Assembly: GCA_049966155.1 (NCBI GenBank)
Contig: JBMFVE010000005.1
Location: forward strand, 36,330-100,329
DNA: 64,000 nt
Reading direction: 5' to 3'
Origin: Candidatus Kryptoniota bacterium
Lineage (GTDB): Bacteria > Bacteroidota > Ignavibacteria > Kryptoniales > JAKASW01
Part shown: positions 1 to 10,764 of the stretch, one piece after another
Position numbering within the stretch: position 1 is the stretch's first letter
How the letters are laid out: each line of letters starts with the position of its first letter
Translations under genes and position numbers: made by a program
Notes under the pieces: model-generated
The model's input: only the letters and a program-made list of their open reading frames with translations
Told to the model about the DNA's origin: nothing
Database searches by the model: none

Positions 1-450
<450 letters not shown>

Positions 451-606
451 TTATATTTGAGAGAATTTATCACGAGAAAGAAAGACATTCAATGCTGCAT
501 TTGCACACATGCTACGGATTGACACTGGCATTTCGCTCAAATAATTTGAGATTGTCATTGTCTTTGACAGCTCACGAAAATAAATTTAAAAAACAAGGAA
601 AAATCC

Positions 607-3057
607 ATGAGTAAGACTACATTTAAGGAACTCTCACCTGAAGAGCTGCAGTGGCGTTGCCCTGACGAGTATTTAAATTTTGATTCTACTGAGCAGCTTG
701 AACCGATTGATGCAATCATTGGACAGGAAAGAGCGGTAAAGGCACTTCAGTTTGGGGTTGAAATCAAAAGTCCGGGATACAATATATTTGTCAGCGGACT
801 ATCCGGGACAGGGCGACTGACGACAATCAAACGTTTGCTCGAGGAAATTTCGGTGGAGTGCATTTCATCTCCAGATAGGTGTTATGTTTATAATTTTAAG
901 ACACCGGATAATCCCAAATTGCTTGAGTTCGATCCGGGGAGCGGTGTAAAATTTAAGGAGGACATGGAAGCCATTGTCAGGTATCTCAGGAGGAAGATTC
1001 CTGAAATTCTTACAGGGGATGCCTATACGGAGGCACGCAACAGAATAATTGAAACATATGAAAAGAAAGAAAAAGCATTATTACAGGATTTTCAAAGGAA
1101 GATTGAGGAACAGGGATTTGCGCTGGTACCTGTTCAGGTAGGTACTGTGACTCAACCTCAGATTTTTCCTGCTTACAAGGGAAAACCAATTATGCCTGAG
1201 GAACTCGACCGACTTGCAGGAGAGGGGAAGTTGACAAAGGAAGAATATGAGCAAACTGTAAAAAAACTCCAGGAGCTCAGGAAGGAACTTGCTCAGGTGG
1301 CCAAGAAAGGTTCTATGTTTGCACAGGAAATGATGCAAAAAGTAGAGGAGATGGAGAGGCAGTCGGTAGCTGTTGTCGTTGAATCCATCTTTGAGGAAAT
1401 GAAGAGTCGCTATAAAAACAATGCAAAAGTCACGATGTATATCGCTGATGTGCAGCGATTCACGCTCGACAATATTCAAATATTCAAGCAACAAGAGGAA
1501 CAGGGCCCCGAAACTCCCTTGATCCCGGCTGTCAAGCCGGACATAGATCCATTCATAGTATACAAAGTTAATTTGCTGCAAGAAAACACTGAAATAGGGA
1601 AATGCCCTGTAATAATTGAGACAAATCCAACCTACACAAATATCTTTGGCACAATTGAAAGAAATATCGATGCTCGGGGTTTTTTTCAGACAGATCATAC
1701 GAAAATAAAAGCAGGCTCCCTCCTCAAGGCCGACGGCGGATTTCTTGTTATGAATGCTCTGGATGCTTTACTGGAACCAGGAGTCTGGAAAGCTCTCAAG
1801 CGGACATTGATGTATAAAAAATTAGAAATTCAGCCCCTTGACAGCTTTTATCAAATCAGCCCAATTGCCCTTAAGCCTGAAGCAATTAACATAAGAGTAA
1901 AGGTGATTCTCATTGGAGATCCATATATTTATGACATTCTATACACCTCAGAGGAGGATTTCAAAAAGATCTTTAAAGTCAAGGCAGACTTCGATAGCGA
2001 GGTTAAACTGGATTCTTCAAGAATAATGGAATACGCTCGGTTTGTTTCACGCATTTGCCGCTCTGAGAAATTGAAGCATTTTGACAAGAGCGGAGTAGCA
2101 GCAGTAATTGAGCAGGCGGCACGCTTTGCTGAAAACCAGGGAAAGTTGTGGACAAGATTCAGCGATATAGCCGATCTGATAAGGGAAGCAGACTACTGGG
2201 CATCAAAAAATCAGCATAATCTTGTCACGAGAGAAGACGTAGAGTGTGCAATTGACGCATTTAATGAGCGGAACAAACTCATAGAAGAAAAAATCGAAGA
2301 TTTGATTGAGCGCGAAATTCTATTGGTGTCTACCACAGGAGAAAGGGTAGGTCAGGTCAACGGCCTCTCTATTTACGATATAGGTTACTACTCTTTCGGA
2401 AAGCCGACACGTATAACAGCAACCGTGGGTGCAGGTAAGTCAGGTATCACAAGCATTGAACGCGAAGTAAACCTATCGGGAAAAACTCACGATAAAGGGG
2501 TTCTTACCTTGGCCGGCTTTTTAAGGGAAAGGTTTGCTCGCGAGAAACCACTTTCTCTAACGGCAAGCGTGGCTTTTGAGCAGTCATATTCCGGCGTGGA
2601 TGGCGACAGTGCATCATCAACCGAGCTTTACGCAATTCTTTCAGCGATCAGTAACTTGCCTGTTAAACAGGGCATTGCCGTAACAGGAAGCGTTAACCAG
2701 AAGGGCGACATTCAACCTATCGGTGGTGTTAATCAAAAAATCGAAGGATTTTTCAGGGTTTGTAAAGCAAGGGGACTGACAGGGGATCAGGGGGTAATCA
2801 TCCCGTCAAAGAATACTAAGGATCTTATGCTTAGCAAAGAAGTGGTCGAGGCTGTGAGCGATGGAAAGTTTCACATTTATCCGATCAATAGGATCGAGGA
2901 GGGAATTGAAATACTTACCGGCGTCAGCGCTGGTGAACCAACAAAATCCGGCAAGTACAAGGAAGGTACAGTTTTTAGCTTGGTGGAAAAGCGGCTGAGA
3001 GAATTGGCCAGTGAAGAGAAACAGGTGTCAGGAAAGAAAAAGCGTCGCTCAAGGTGA
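607..3057 (+). CDS. Lon-family S16 protease, LonC/COG1067 type
   Basis: IIGQERA, coiled-coil insert, GQVNGLS, catalytic Ser in DGDSAS and Lys in GGVNQKIEG. Confidence 0.9.
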   Translation: MSKTTFKELSPEELQWRCPDEYLNFDSTEQLEPIDAIIGQERAVKALQFGVEIKSPGYNIFVSGLSGTGRLTTIKRLLEEISVECISSPDRCYVYNFKTPDNPKLLEFDPGSGVKFKEDMEAIVRYLRRKIPEILTGDAYTEARNRIIETYEKKEKALLQDFQRKIEEQGFALVPVQVGTVTQPQIFPAYKGKPIMPEELDRLAGEGKLTKEEYEQTVKKLQELRKELAQVAKKGSMFAQEMMQKVEEMERQSVAVVVESIFEEMKSRYKNNAKVTMYIADVQRFTLDNIQIFKQQEEQGPETPLIPAVKPDIDPFIVYKVNLLQENTEIGKCPVIIETNPTYTNIFGTIERNIDARGFFQTDHTKIKAGSLLKADGGFLVMNALDALLEPGVWKALKRTLMYKKLEIQPLDSFYQISPIALKPEAINIRVKVILIGDPYIYDILYTSEEDFKKIFKVKADFDSEVKLDSSRIMEYARFVSRICRSEKLKHFDKSGVAAVIEQAARFAENQGKLWTRFSDIADLIREADYWASKNQHNLVTREDVECAIDAFNERNKLIEEKIEDLIEREILLVSTTGERVGQVNGLSIYDIGYYSFGKPTRITATVGAGKSGITSIEREVNLSGKTHDKGVLTLAGFLRERFAREKPLSLTASVAFEQSYSGVDGDSASSTELYAILSAISNLPVKQGIAVTGSVNQKGDIQPIGGVNQKIEGFFRVCKARGLTGDQGVIIPSKNTKDLMLSKEVVEAVSDGKFHIYPINRIEEGIEILTGVSAGEPTKSGKYKEGTVFSLVEKRLRELASEEKQVSGKKKRRSR

Positions 3058-3837
3058 TGTTTCGCTACGAGGTTTCTCTTCCAGGTCTTTTTTAATTTGT
3101 CTATAAGCTACTTCTGCAGCTGCCTGTTCCGCTGACTTTTTTGTTTTCCCAACTCCAGTTCCGCGAGGAATGTCGTTAACAATAACCTGGACAGTGAAAG
3201 TTCGGTCATGGTCTGGCCCCTCTTCTTTCAACAAATTGTATTTAGGAATCCCCAATCCGTTTGCCTGCGTCAATTCAAGAAGTGCGCTCTTAAAGTTCCT
3301 GTCCATTTCCATAAAAAGTTCTGTCTCACTCGAAATATCTCGCGGAAAAATTTCTGTGTAAAGGAATTTCATTACTTTGTTGAAGCCCGAATCAAGGTAC
3401 ATTGCAGCCAGAAGCGACTCAAAGGCATCTGCAAGAAGTGACTCGTAACCTTTCTCAACAGCTTGTTGAGCACTTGCTGTCATCCTCAGTAACGGAAGTA
3501 AGTTTATCTTCCGGGCATAATCTGCAAGCGAATGTTGATTTACCAAAAAACTCCTGAGACGGGTCATTTCTCCCTCCTCGAGGGTAGGAAATTTTCTATA
3601 AAGGAACTCGGCAGCAGCAAGATTCAGTACTGCATCTCCCAGGAACTCTAAGCGTTCATTGGACCGATTCTCCCCATCACGTAAGAGTGGAACATACGAG
3701 CGATGTGTTAATGCTTCTTCAAAAATTTTTTTATTTCGGATTCTTATTCCAAGTATAGACTCCAGCCTGGCGATATCATCTGAAATATAAGAAGGGCGAT
3801 TTATCCCCGATATTAACCTCTTCAGAGAAAAGGGCAT
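3049..3837 (-). CDS. rnc: ribonuclease III
   Basis: NERLEFLGDAVL signature and C-terminal dsRBD. Confidence 0.97.
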   Translation of the reverse strand: MPFSLKRLISGINRPSYISDDIARLESILGIRIRNKKIFEEALTHRSYVPLLRDGENRSNERLEFLGDAVLNLAAAEFLYRKFPTLEEGEMTRLRSFLVNQHSLADYARKINLLPLLRMTASAQQAVEKGYESLLADAFESLLAAMYLDSGFNKVMKFLYTEIFPRDISSETELFMEMDRNFKSALLELTQANGLGIPKYNLLKEEGPDHDRTFTVQVIVNDIPRGTGVGKTKKSAEQAAAEVAYRQIKKDLEEKPRSETSP

Positions 3838-3875
3838 TGATTACTTAAAAATTATATTGCCTTAAGTAAGGTTTA

Positions 3876-5126
3876 TTACTCTAAAAATTTTCTGAAAAGG
3901 AGCGCTGCATTATGTCCACCAAATCCAAATGTGTTACTGATTGCTGCATTGATCGTACGTTGAACGGGTTTGTTAGGAACATAATTTAAATCGCACTCAG
4001 GGTCAGGAACCTGATAATTAATTGTCGGCGGAGCAGTATCCCTGGCAATGGCCAGCACTGTGGCAACTGCTTCAACCCCACCTGCTGCACCAAGTAAATG
4101 TCCCGTCATTGACTTTGTGGAAGAGACCAGTAGCTTATAAGCATGTTCGCCAAAAACTCTCTTTATAGCCTCTGTTTCAGTTTTATCGTTGAAAGGCGTA
4201 GAAGTACCATGAGCATTTATGTAGTCGACGTCTGTCGGCTTTAAATTAGCGTCTTCAAGACAGGCAAGCATTGCTCGCACTGCTCCCTCGCCGCCCGGAG
4301 CCGGTTGAGTAATATGATAGGCATCCGCTGTTAGGCCAATCCCGGAAAGTTCAGCGTAAATTCTGGCACCTCGCTTCACAGCATGTTCAAGATTTTCCAG
4401 AACCAGTATTCCTGCACCTTCACCAATGACAAAACCATCTCGGTTAGCATCAAAGGGGCGACTCGCGTGTTGGGGATCATCGTTACGTGTGGACAATGCT
4501 TTCATTGCATTAAATCCACCAACACCCATTGGACAAATTGCCGCCTCCGCACCGCCCGTAATCATGACATCTGCTGAACCGCGCTCGATTAAAATTGCAG
4601 CATCAGCAATTGCATGACTTGAAGTAGCACAGGCAGATGTGGTGGCATAATTTGGACCTTTGAACTGATACCGCATTGAAATATATCCTGCAGCAATGTC
4701 TGATATCATCATCGGAACAAAAAAGGGACTAATTCTATGCGGACCACCTGTTTGATAAACAGTTTCCTGCTGTCTGTGATATGTCCACATTCCGCCTATC
4801 CCACTGCCTACAATGACCCCGACGCGATTGCGATCAACCTTCTCCACCTCAATTTTCGCATCTTCGACAGCTTGAGCTGCAGCGGCCATTGCAAACTGTG
4901 TGAACAAATCCATGCGCTGCACAGTCTTTCTGTCTATATACTTCAGCGGATCAAAACCCTTCACTTCACATGCAAATTTGGTATCGTACTGGGAAGCATC
5001 AAAATAGGTAATTGGGCCGGCGCCACTCTTTCCTTCCATCATGCCCTGCCAGAATTCCTCTGCAGTCAAGCCAATGGGTGTTATGACACCAACCCCGGTT
5101 ACTACGACCCGCTTTCCATTCCTCAT
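3876..5126 (-). CDS. fabF: 3-oxoacyl-ACP synthase II
   Basis: TSACAT, NAHGTST, GHLLGAAG, NTFGFGGHN. Confidence 0.97.
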   Translation of the reverse strand: MRNGKRVVVTGVGVITPIGLTAEEFWQGMMEGKSGAGPITYFDASQYDTKFACEVKGFDPLKYIDRKTVQRMDLFTQFAMAAAAQAVEDAKIEVEKVDRNRVGVIVGSGIGGMWTYHRQQETVYQTGGPHRISPFFVPMMISDIAAGYISMRYQFKGPNYATTSACATSSHAIADAAILIERGSADVMITGGAEAAICPMGVGGFNAMKALSTRNDDPQHASRPFDANRDGFVIGEGAGILVLENLEHAVKRGARIYAELSGIGLTADAYHITQPAPGGEGAVRAMLACLEDANLKPTDVDYINAHGTSTPFNDKTETEAIKRVFGEHAYKLLVSSTKSMTGHLLGAAGGVEAVATVLAIARDTAPPTINYQVPDPECDLNYVPNKPVQRTINAAISNTFGFGGHNAALLFRKFLE

Positions 5127-5138
5127 GGCAAATTTCCG

Positions 5139-5381
5139 TTATTGACTTACTTTTTGCTTCAAATAGCTTATTGCATCACCTACGGTCCGAATTTTCTCTG
5201 CATCCTGATCAGGAATTTGAATATTAAATGCCTTCTCAAATTCCATAACCAGTTCAACTGTGTCAAGTGAGTCAGCACCAAGGTCATTGGTGAATGATGC
5301 CTCGGGCTTAATTTGCGATTCCTCGGCACCGAGCTTGTTAATGATGATTTCTTTTACTTTTGCCTCAACGTCGATAGACAT
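5139..5381 (-). CDS. acpP: acyl carrier protein
   Basis: [11 protein letters not shown] phosphopantetheine site. Confidence 0.98.
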   Translation of the reverse strand: MSIDVEAKVKEIIINKLGAEESQIKPEASFTNDLGADSLDTVELVMEFEKAFNIQIPDQDAEKIRTVGDAISYLKQKVSQ

Positions 5382-5407
5382 GTGTTTACCTCCTATATGT
5401 TTTGGTT

Positions 5408-6154
5408 TTAGAGAGACATTCCGCCATCTATAGAAATAACTTGTCCTGTTATATAGTCGGCATCGGGAGATGCTAGAAATCGCACAACCCTCGCCACTTC
5501 TTCTGGTTTTGCAACTCTTTTTAACGGCACCATGTTCATAACCGCATTCCGTTGATCTTCAGTCAGTGAAGCAGTCATATCTGTCTCAATATAACCTGGC
5601 GCCACCGCATTGACAAGTATGTTCCTACTCGCCAATTCACGTGCAATTGATTTGGAAAAACCAATTATTGCGGCCTTGGACGCAGCATAATTTGATTGTC
5701 CGGGGTTCCCTTTTAAACCGACAACTGAGCTAATATTGATTATTCTTCCAAATCGCTGGTTCATCATCACCTTTGCAACTGCTTTCGTGTAATTAAAGAC
5801 ACTCTTAACGTTTGTCTGCATTACCGCATCCCAATCATCTTCTGACATCCTCAGCAAAAGATTATCCCTGGTTATTCCTGCATTATTTACCAAAATGTCG
5901 ATTCGCTTGAATTCCGATACAACCTTATTTACAACCTCAACTGCCGAGCTCATTATGACAGCATCTGCTTCCAGAGCAAGTCCCCGGCGCCCCATTGACA
6001 TGATCTCCTCCAGCAAGGAATCGATAAGTTTGGCTGACGACTTATATGTAAAAGCCACATCGGCACCGCTTCTGGCAAGCTCAAGGGTAATAGCCCTTCC
6101 TATACCTCTCGCCCCACCAGTTATAAGTGCAACTCTATTTTCCAAATTTCCCAT
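5408..6154 (-). CDS. fabG: 3-oxoacyl-ACP reductase
   Basis: [21 protein letters not shown]; fab operon context. Confidence 0.96.
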   Translation of the reverse strand: MGNLENRVALITGGARGIGRAITLELARSGADVAFTYKSSAKLIDSLLEEIMSMGRRGLALEADAVIMSSAVEVVNKVVSEFKRIDILVNNAGITRDNLLLRMSEDDWDAVMQTNVKSVFNYTKAVAKVMMNQRFGRIINISSVVGLKGNPGQSNYAASKAAIIGFSKSIARELASRNILVNAVAPGYIETDMTASLTEDQRNAVMNMVPLKRVAKPEEVARVVRFLASPDADYITGQVISIDGGMSL

Positions 6155-6731
6155 TCTCGCTAAAGCCTTTCAATTTTAAAAGCATTTCATTGTATTTTTC
6201 TTTACCTATGGCATACTCAAACTCAGTCTGGCAAATTTCAACCATATTCCTGTCACTTTGAGAAGTTGCCGTGCAACAATCGCACTCACCTTCACACAAA
6301 TTGTCGTATTCGAACACTCCATTAGATTTTGTAATGGGAAATAACACACAATAGTAAGGCTTCAACGTGAACTTCCCCAGGCCTTCTTCTTTCTCAGTAA
6401 TCTGCAACACACATCGACCTTTTGAGTCGAGGAAGACACACTTGCCATTGTATATCATTGTACTGACACACTTCCCCGACGGAAAATCCTGGTCCTCCTC
6501 TTCCATATTATCAAACCAGCTGTCAACATTATCTGTTTGACTGGCATCGATATATTTCTTTATTAAGTTGGAATATGAAAGTATCCGGTCTCTTTCTTGA
6601 GGATCAAGGTAAACGCCATGAGCGCAGCATTTCGAAGTACATGCTATGGGGCCATCGGGGTGCACGAATCCTTCCTTAAGAAGTCGGGACTCCAATCTTA
6701 TGCCGCTAATTTCAAGAATATTGGCTTTCAT
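6135..6731 (-). CDS. Cys-rich protein, DUF3109/YkgJ-like
   Basis: CxxxCC, CVFL...C, KPYYCVLFP pattern; overlaps both neighbours. Confidence 0.65.
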   Translation of the reverse strand: MKANILEISGIRLESRLLKEGFVHPDGPIACTSKCCAHGVYLDPQERDRILSYSNLIKKYIDASQTDNVDSWFDNMEEEDQDFPSGKCVSTMIYNGKCVFLDSKGRCVLQITEKEEGLGKFTLKPYYCVLFPITKSNGVFEYDNLCEGECDCCTATSQSDRNMVEICQTEFEYAIGKEKYNEMLLKLKGFSENGKFGK

Positions 6732-7657
6732 AATGTAAATGATTCCAAATCCGATAGCTTGTCCACACCATATATTTCACATTCACCACATATACGCTTT
6801 ATTAGTCCCTGGAGTACCTTTCCTGGCCCAACTTCAAGGAATCTATTAATTCCGGCAGTATGCATATTCTCAATTGATTGTTGCCACCTAACGGGCTTTG
6901 TCAATTGTTCCAGTAACAGCTTTCGAATGCTCAACGCATCCCTTACGGGTTGGGCTGTTACATTTGAATAAACTGGAAATTTAGGATTTCTTATTATTGC
7001 CCGTTCGAGAGCTTTTTCAAACTCCTTGAGTGCCGGTTCCATTAACGGTGAATGAAATGCTCCGCTGACAAAAAGCTCTTTAACCATTTTTGCGCCTTCG
7101 GATTTGCATTTCTGCATAGCCAGCTTGACCGCAGGCACATCACCGGATATCACAACCTGACCCGGTGAATTAAAGTTCGCGGGTTGAACAACTCCCACAC
7201 TTGATATTTCGCTGCAAATTGTCTCAACCCTTCTTTCGTCGAGTCCAATAATTGCTGCCATCGTGCCGGGCCGAACTTCTCCGCACCACTGCATCAGCTC
7301 ACCACGAAATCTCACCAGGCGGAGGCTCTCTGCAAAGTCAAGTGAACCAGCTGCGTATAGTGCAGTATATTCACCCAGAGAGTGACCTGCTGCTGCAGAA
7401 ATTTGCAATCTTTCTCCAAGGCGTTCCTTCGACACCTCATAAGCCACAGCGCTGTGAATAAAAATAGCGGGTTGAGTAATGGCTGTCTTCTTTATTTCAT
7501 CCTCAGGACCGTCAAATAAGGTTTTGCTGATGTTAAAACCTACCACGCTGTCGGCAGTATCGTACATCTTCCTGGCAACCTCAGAGTTATCATACCAATC
7601 TTTACCCATGCCCACATATTGAGATCCCTGTCCCGGGAATACCAGAGCCATTTTCAT
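6728..7657 (-). CDS. fabD: malonyl-CoA:ACP transacylase
   Basis: FPGQGSQ, GHSLGEY, SGAFHS. Confidence 0.97.
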   Translation of the reverse strand: MKMALVFPGQGSQYVGMGKDWYDNSEVARKMYDTADSVVGFNISKTLFDGPEDEIKKTAITQPAIFIHSAVAYEVSKERLGERLQISAAAGHSLGEYTALYAAGSLDFAESLRLVRFRGELMQWCGEVRPGTMAAIIGLDERRVETICSEISSVGVVQPANFNSPGQVVISGDVPAVKLAMQKCKSEGAKMVKELFVSGAFHSPLMEPALKEFEKALERAIIRNPKFPVYSNVTAQPVRDALSIRKLLLEQLTKPVRWQQSIENMHTAGINRFLEVGPGKVLQGLIKRICGECEIYGVDKLSDLESFTL

Positions 7658-7660
7658 ATA

Positions 7661-8671
7661 TTAGTCCTGTTGCGCGTTATCAATAGCCCACCTTATCAAG
7701 ACGGATCCCCACGTGTAGCCGGCACCAAAGGCAGACAGCACAAGTGTCTGACCTTTCTTCAGTTGCCCGCTCATGTAATATTCTGACAAGCAAAGAGGAA
7801 TTGTAGCAGCAGTTGTATTACCATACCTGTCGATATTCAGCATCACCTTTGAAGGGTCCAGCCCCATACGCTGTGCTGTGGCATCAATAATCCGCTTGTT
7901 TGCCTGATGAGGGACAAGCCAGTCTATATCATTAGAGGTCAGATTGTTTCTCTTCATTATTTCATAAGAAACTTCTGCCATTCCAACAACAGCAACTTTA
8001 AAAACAGCCTTCCCATCTTGATAAAGATAATGCATTTTCTTATCGACAGTCTCATGAGTTGCAGGGTTAAGGCTTCCCCCCCCTTTAATGTAAAGAAATT
8101 CCCCACCACTTCCATCGCAATGAACAATGTGGTCAAGGATTCCATACTCGCTATCAGCGTCGCCGGGTTCAAGAAGCACTGCCGCTCCTGCATCTCCAAA
8201 CAGTATACAGTTTGATCTGTCGCTGTAATCTGTGATTGCTGACATCTTATCGGCACCAACCACAATTACCTTTCTGTAGGAACCGTTCTCTACAAATTGA
8301 GCTGCAGTTACCAGAGAAAAAATAAATCCCGAGCATGCTGCTGATAAATCAAAGCCCCATGCTCTTTTCGCACCTATTTTCTCCTGAATCACGCATGCGG
8401 TTGAGGGGAAAAACATATCAGGTGTAATAGTGGCAACAACTATGAGATCTATTTCCTCAGGGGAAATCTTTCTTTTGTTCAAAAGGTCTCTTATTGCACC
8501 AACAGCAAGATCACTTGTTGCACCATGTTCCAGGATTCTCCGCTCACGAATTCCTGTCCGCGTTTGGATCCATTCGTCGGTGGTATCGACCATTTTTTCA
8601 AGATCAGCATTCGTTAGAATCTTATCTGGAACATAATGGCCAACGCCTGTTATTACTGCTCTTTTTGGCAT
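7661..8671 (-). CDS. fabH: 3-oxoacyl-ACP synthase III
   Basis: AACSGF, PHQAN, GNTTAA. Confidence 0.97.
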   Translation of the reverse strand: MPKRAVITGVGHYVPDKILTNADLEKMVDTTDEWIQTRTGIRERRILEHGATSDLAVGAIRDLLNKRKISPEEIDLIVVATITPDMFFPSTACVIQEKIGAKRAWGFDLSAACSGFIFSLVTAAQFVENGSYRKVIVVGADKMSAITDYSDRSNCILFGDAGAAVLLEPGDADSEYGILDHIVHCDGSGGEFLYIKGGGSLNPATHETVDKKMHYLYQDGKAVFKVAVVGMAEVSYEIMKRNNLTSNDIDWLVPHQANKRIIDATAQRMGLDPSKVMLNIDRYGNTTAATIPLCLSEYYMSGQLKKGQTLVLSAFGAGYTWGSVLIRWAIDNAQQD

Positions 8672-9681
8672 CAGTCTACCTTCAAATCTATTTTACCAAT
8701 TGAATTCTCAATCAGGGAAGCAATGCGGTGGCTCACCATTTCTTCTGCTCGAAAGACCATGTTTTTGACTGCTAAGGGTGTTGAACTCCCGTGTCCAATA
8801 ATTGCTACTCCTTTCACGCCAAGGAGCGGCGCACCACCCTGAGCTTCATAGCTAAACCCCTTCATTGCTTTTCGCAGTGTTCTGGCAGTTATTAAAGCCT
8901 GCAATTTTTGAACGACTCCTTTATCCGCATACTGGATCAGTCGTGCACGTAGAGCCGGCAAAATGCTTTCCGCAAATTTAAGGACAATGTTCCCCACAAA
9001 GCCATCTGTTACAATTACGTCAGCTTTGCCCATCAAAATGTCTCTTCCTTCTACATTTCCAATGAAATTCAGGCCGCTCTTTTCCAGCAGTGCATACGAA
9101 GCCAGTGCCAGTTCATTTCCCTTGGTCCTCTCTTCACCAATATTCAACAGCCCAATCCTTGGATTTTTTATTTGCATTATTTCAGAGGCATAAATTGAAC
9201 CCATTACTGCAAACTCGGCCAGATGCTGAGGTCTGCAGTCAGAACTCGCACCTGAATCAAGAACAAAACATGACCCACTGATTGTCGGCAGAGGCGTTCC
9301 CACGGTCGGTCTGCTGACGCCTGCTGCCCTTCCAAGAATCAGTGTAGATGCTGACATTACTGCACCTGTGTTCCCAGCGCTGACAAATGCATCTACACTC
9401 CCTTCTTTGTGAATCTTGAGGCCAACAACAACAGATGACTCTGGTTTTTGTTTGATTGCCAGATTTGGCGGATCTGACATTTCAATAACATCCGGTGCAT
9501 TAACAATCGAATAGTTTAAATTTCCTGCGCCCAGCCGCATGATTTCTTTTTTGATCTCATCCTGTCGACCAACGAGAACAAGCTCAAATCTGTTATTAGA
9601 CTCTCTGAGAGCCTGCAAACCACCTTCAACAATCTTTAGCGGCGCCTCATCGCCGCCCATTGCATCAAGTGCGATTCTCAT
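8671..9681 (-). CDS. plsX: phosphate acyltransferase PlsX (start trimmed to MRIALDAMGGD)
   Basis: DAMGGD, SAGNTGA, DGFVGN, GHGSS. Confidence 0.95.
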   Translation of the reverse strand: MRIALDAMGGDEAPLKIVEGGLQALRESNNRFELVLVGRQDEIKKEIMRLGAGNLNYSIVNAPDVIEMSDPPNLAIKQKPESSVVVGLKIHKEGSVDAFVSAGNTGAVMSASTLILGRAAGVSRPTVGTPLPTISGSCFVLDSGASSDCRPQHLAEFAVMGSIYASEIMQIKNPRIGLLNIGEERTKGNELALASYALLEKSGLNFIGNVEGRDILMGKADVIVTDGFVGNIVLKFAESILPALRARLIQYADKGVVQKLQALITARTLRKAMKGFSYEAQGGAPLLGVKGVAIIGHGSSTPLAVKNMVFRAEEMVSHRIASLIENSIGKIDLKVD

Positions 9682-9710
9682 GAATTGTTTTTTGTGTGGC
9701 TGGGAAGTCT

Positions 9711-9893
9711 TTATGAACCTTTCGGTATGAACACCACTCTGCCGCTGTAATATCCGCAATTCGGGCATGCACGATGTGGCAACTTAGGTTCATGGCAATG
9801 TGGACATTCTGAAATTGTCGGAACAGTCGCTTTGTAATGTGTTCTCCGCTTATCTCTCCTCGACTTAGAATGTCTTCGTTTAGGATTTGGCAT
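9711..9893 (-). CDS. rpmF: 50S ribosomal protein L32 (Zn-binding form)
   Basis: [10 protein letters not shown]...CPHC...CPNCGYY. Confidence 0.97.
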   Translation of the reverse strand: MPNPKRRHSKSRRDKRRTHYKATVPTISECPHCHEPKLPHRACPNCGYYSGRVVFIPKGS

Positions 9894-9928
9894 TTTTTAC
9901 TCCTTTTACGATTTGAGCTTCTTCGTTA

Positions 9929-10429
9929 TCAATTATTATTCACCACAGTTTTCAACTTTTCCCATCCTGGGTCAAAAGCCTCTTTATGACATTTGCATTC
10001 TTCATAGTTCAAATTAGCACCGCAAGTCGGACAAAGGCCTGCACATTCCTCCTTGCATAACAGCTTCAGCGGCACGGAAAGCATAACGAACTGCCTTACA
10101 TCATCTGATATGTCTAAAACGTTTGTACTTTCTTTTATCAAAGCAATTTCATCTTCGTCGTAACCTCGTGCGTCTTTTCTCGAGAAGACATAGGCCATTC
10201 TGTATTCGTTGCTCAACGACATATCAAATTCATCAGCGCAACGATCACAGGTAAATCGCCCTACTGTTTCGAGCTTTACTCGCAAAAAGAACTGGTTTCT
10301 GCGCTTTTCGAGCTCTGCCTTGACAACAACCTCTCCTCTAAAGTGTTCATCCAGGCCCAATTCAGATGCCTTTTCATGAAAGTCATATTGGTGAACACCT
10401 TCCACCAGGTTCGATATATGAATTTTCAC
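9929..10429 (-). CDS. yceD: DUF177/YceD family protein (GTG start after GGAGGA)
   Basis: CDRC and LCKEECAGLCPTCG; lies upstream of rpmF. Confidence 0.9.
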   Translation of the reverse strand: MKIHISNLVEGVHQYDFHEKASELGLDEHFRGEVVVKAELEKRRNQFFLRVKLETVGRFTCDRCADEFDMSLSNEYRMAYVFSRKDARGYDEDEIALIKESTNVLDISDDVRQFVMLSVPLKLLCKEECAGLCPTCGANLNYEECKCHKEAFDPGWEKLKTVVNNN

Positions 10430-10519
10430 TTTCAAAGATCCTCCGGAAAAACAGGGAATGAAATGAAAATACCTCAAAATTCCCCGTCTTTCCATACTCA
10501 TTCATAAAAATTGCCGATA

Positions 10520-10548
10520 AATATAAACATCATATAATTTTTAATCAA
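10520..10548 (-). promoter_or_regulatory. sigma70-like promoter of the yceD-rpmF-fab operon
   Basis: TTGATT-N17-TATATT on minus strand. Confidence 0.6.
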
Positions 10549-10704
10549 GGTTGGGGATACGTGGCACAAAGCCATAACAGAACCCTCAGGCTAAATGCAC
10601 CCAAGAAAACGTTAACTCACACGCTGAAGCACTGGAATTGTCTTCATTTGAGCCTGAATACGGCCAACAATAACTGGGTGGGACAAAGTGTTTGGTCTTG
10701 TCGC

Positions 10705-10750
10705 TTGATTTTATTTGACTGTGCATTTATATTTAGATTATGTCTAAATA
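10705..10750 (+). promoter_or_regulatory. promoter overlapped by a palindromic Fur-family operator
   Basis: TTGATT(10705)-N17-TATATT(10728); perfect inverted repeat TATTTAGA-N5-TCTAAATA at 10730-10750. Confidence 0.7.
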
Positions 10751-10764
10751 AACAAGGAGAAGCG

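Noticed and set aside
1081..1698. 205-aa antisense ORF and the many other shadow ORFs in the track
   Set aside because: They lie opposite or out of frame within well-supported genes and show no recognisable motifs
9682..9768. N-terminal extension of plsX (likewise for pth, OsmC, yceD and the barrel gene)
   Set aside because: The extensions overlap upstream genes or promoters; conserved N-termini and SD sites favour later starts
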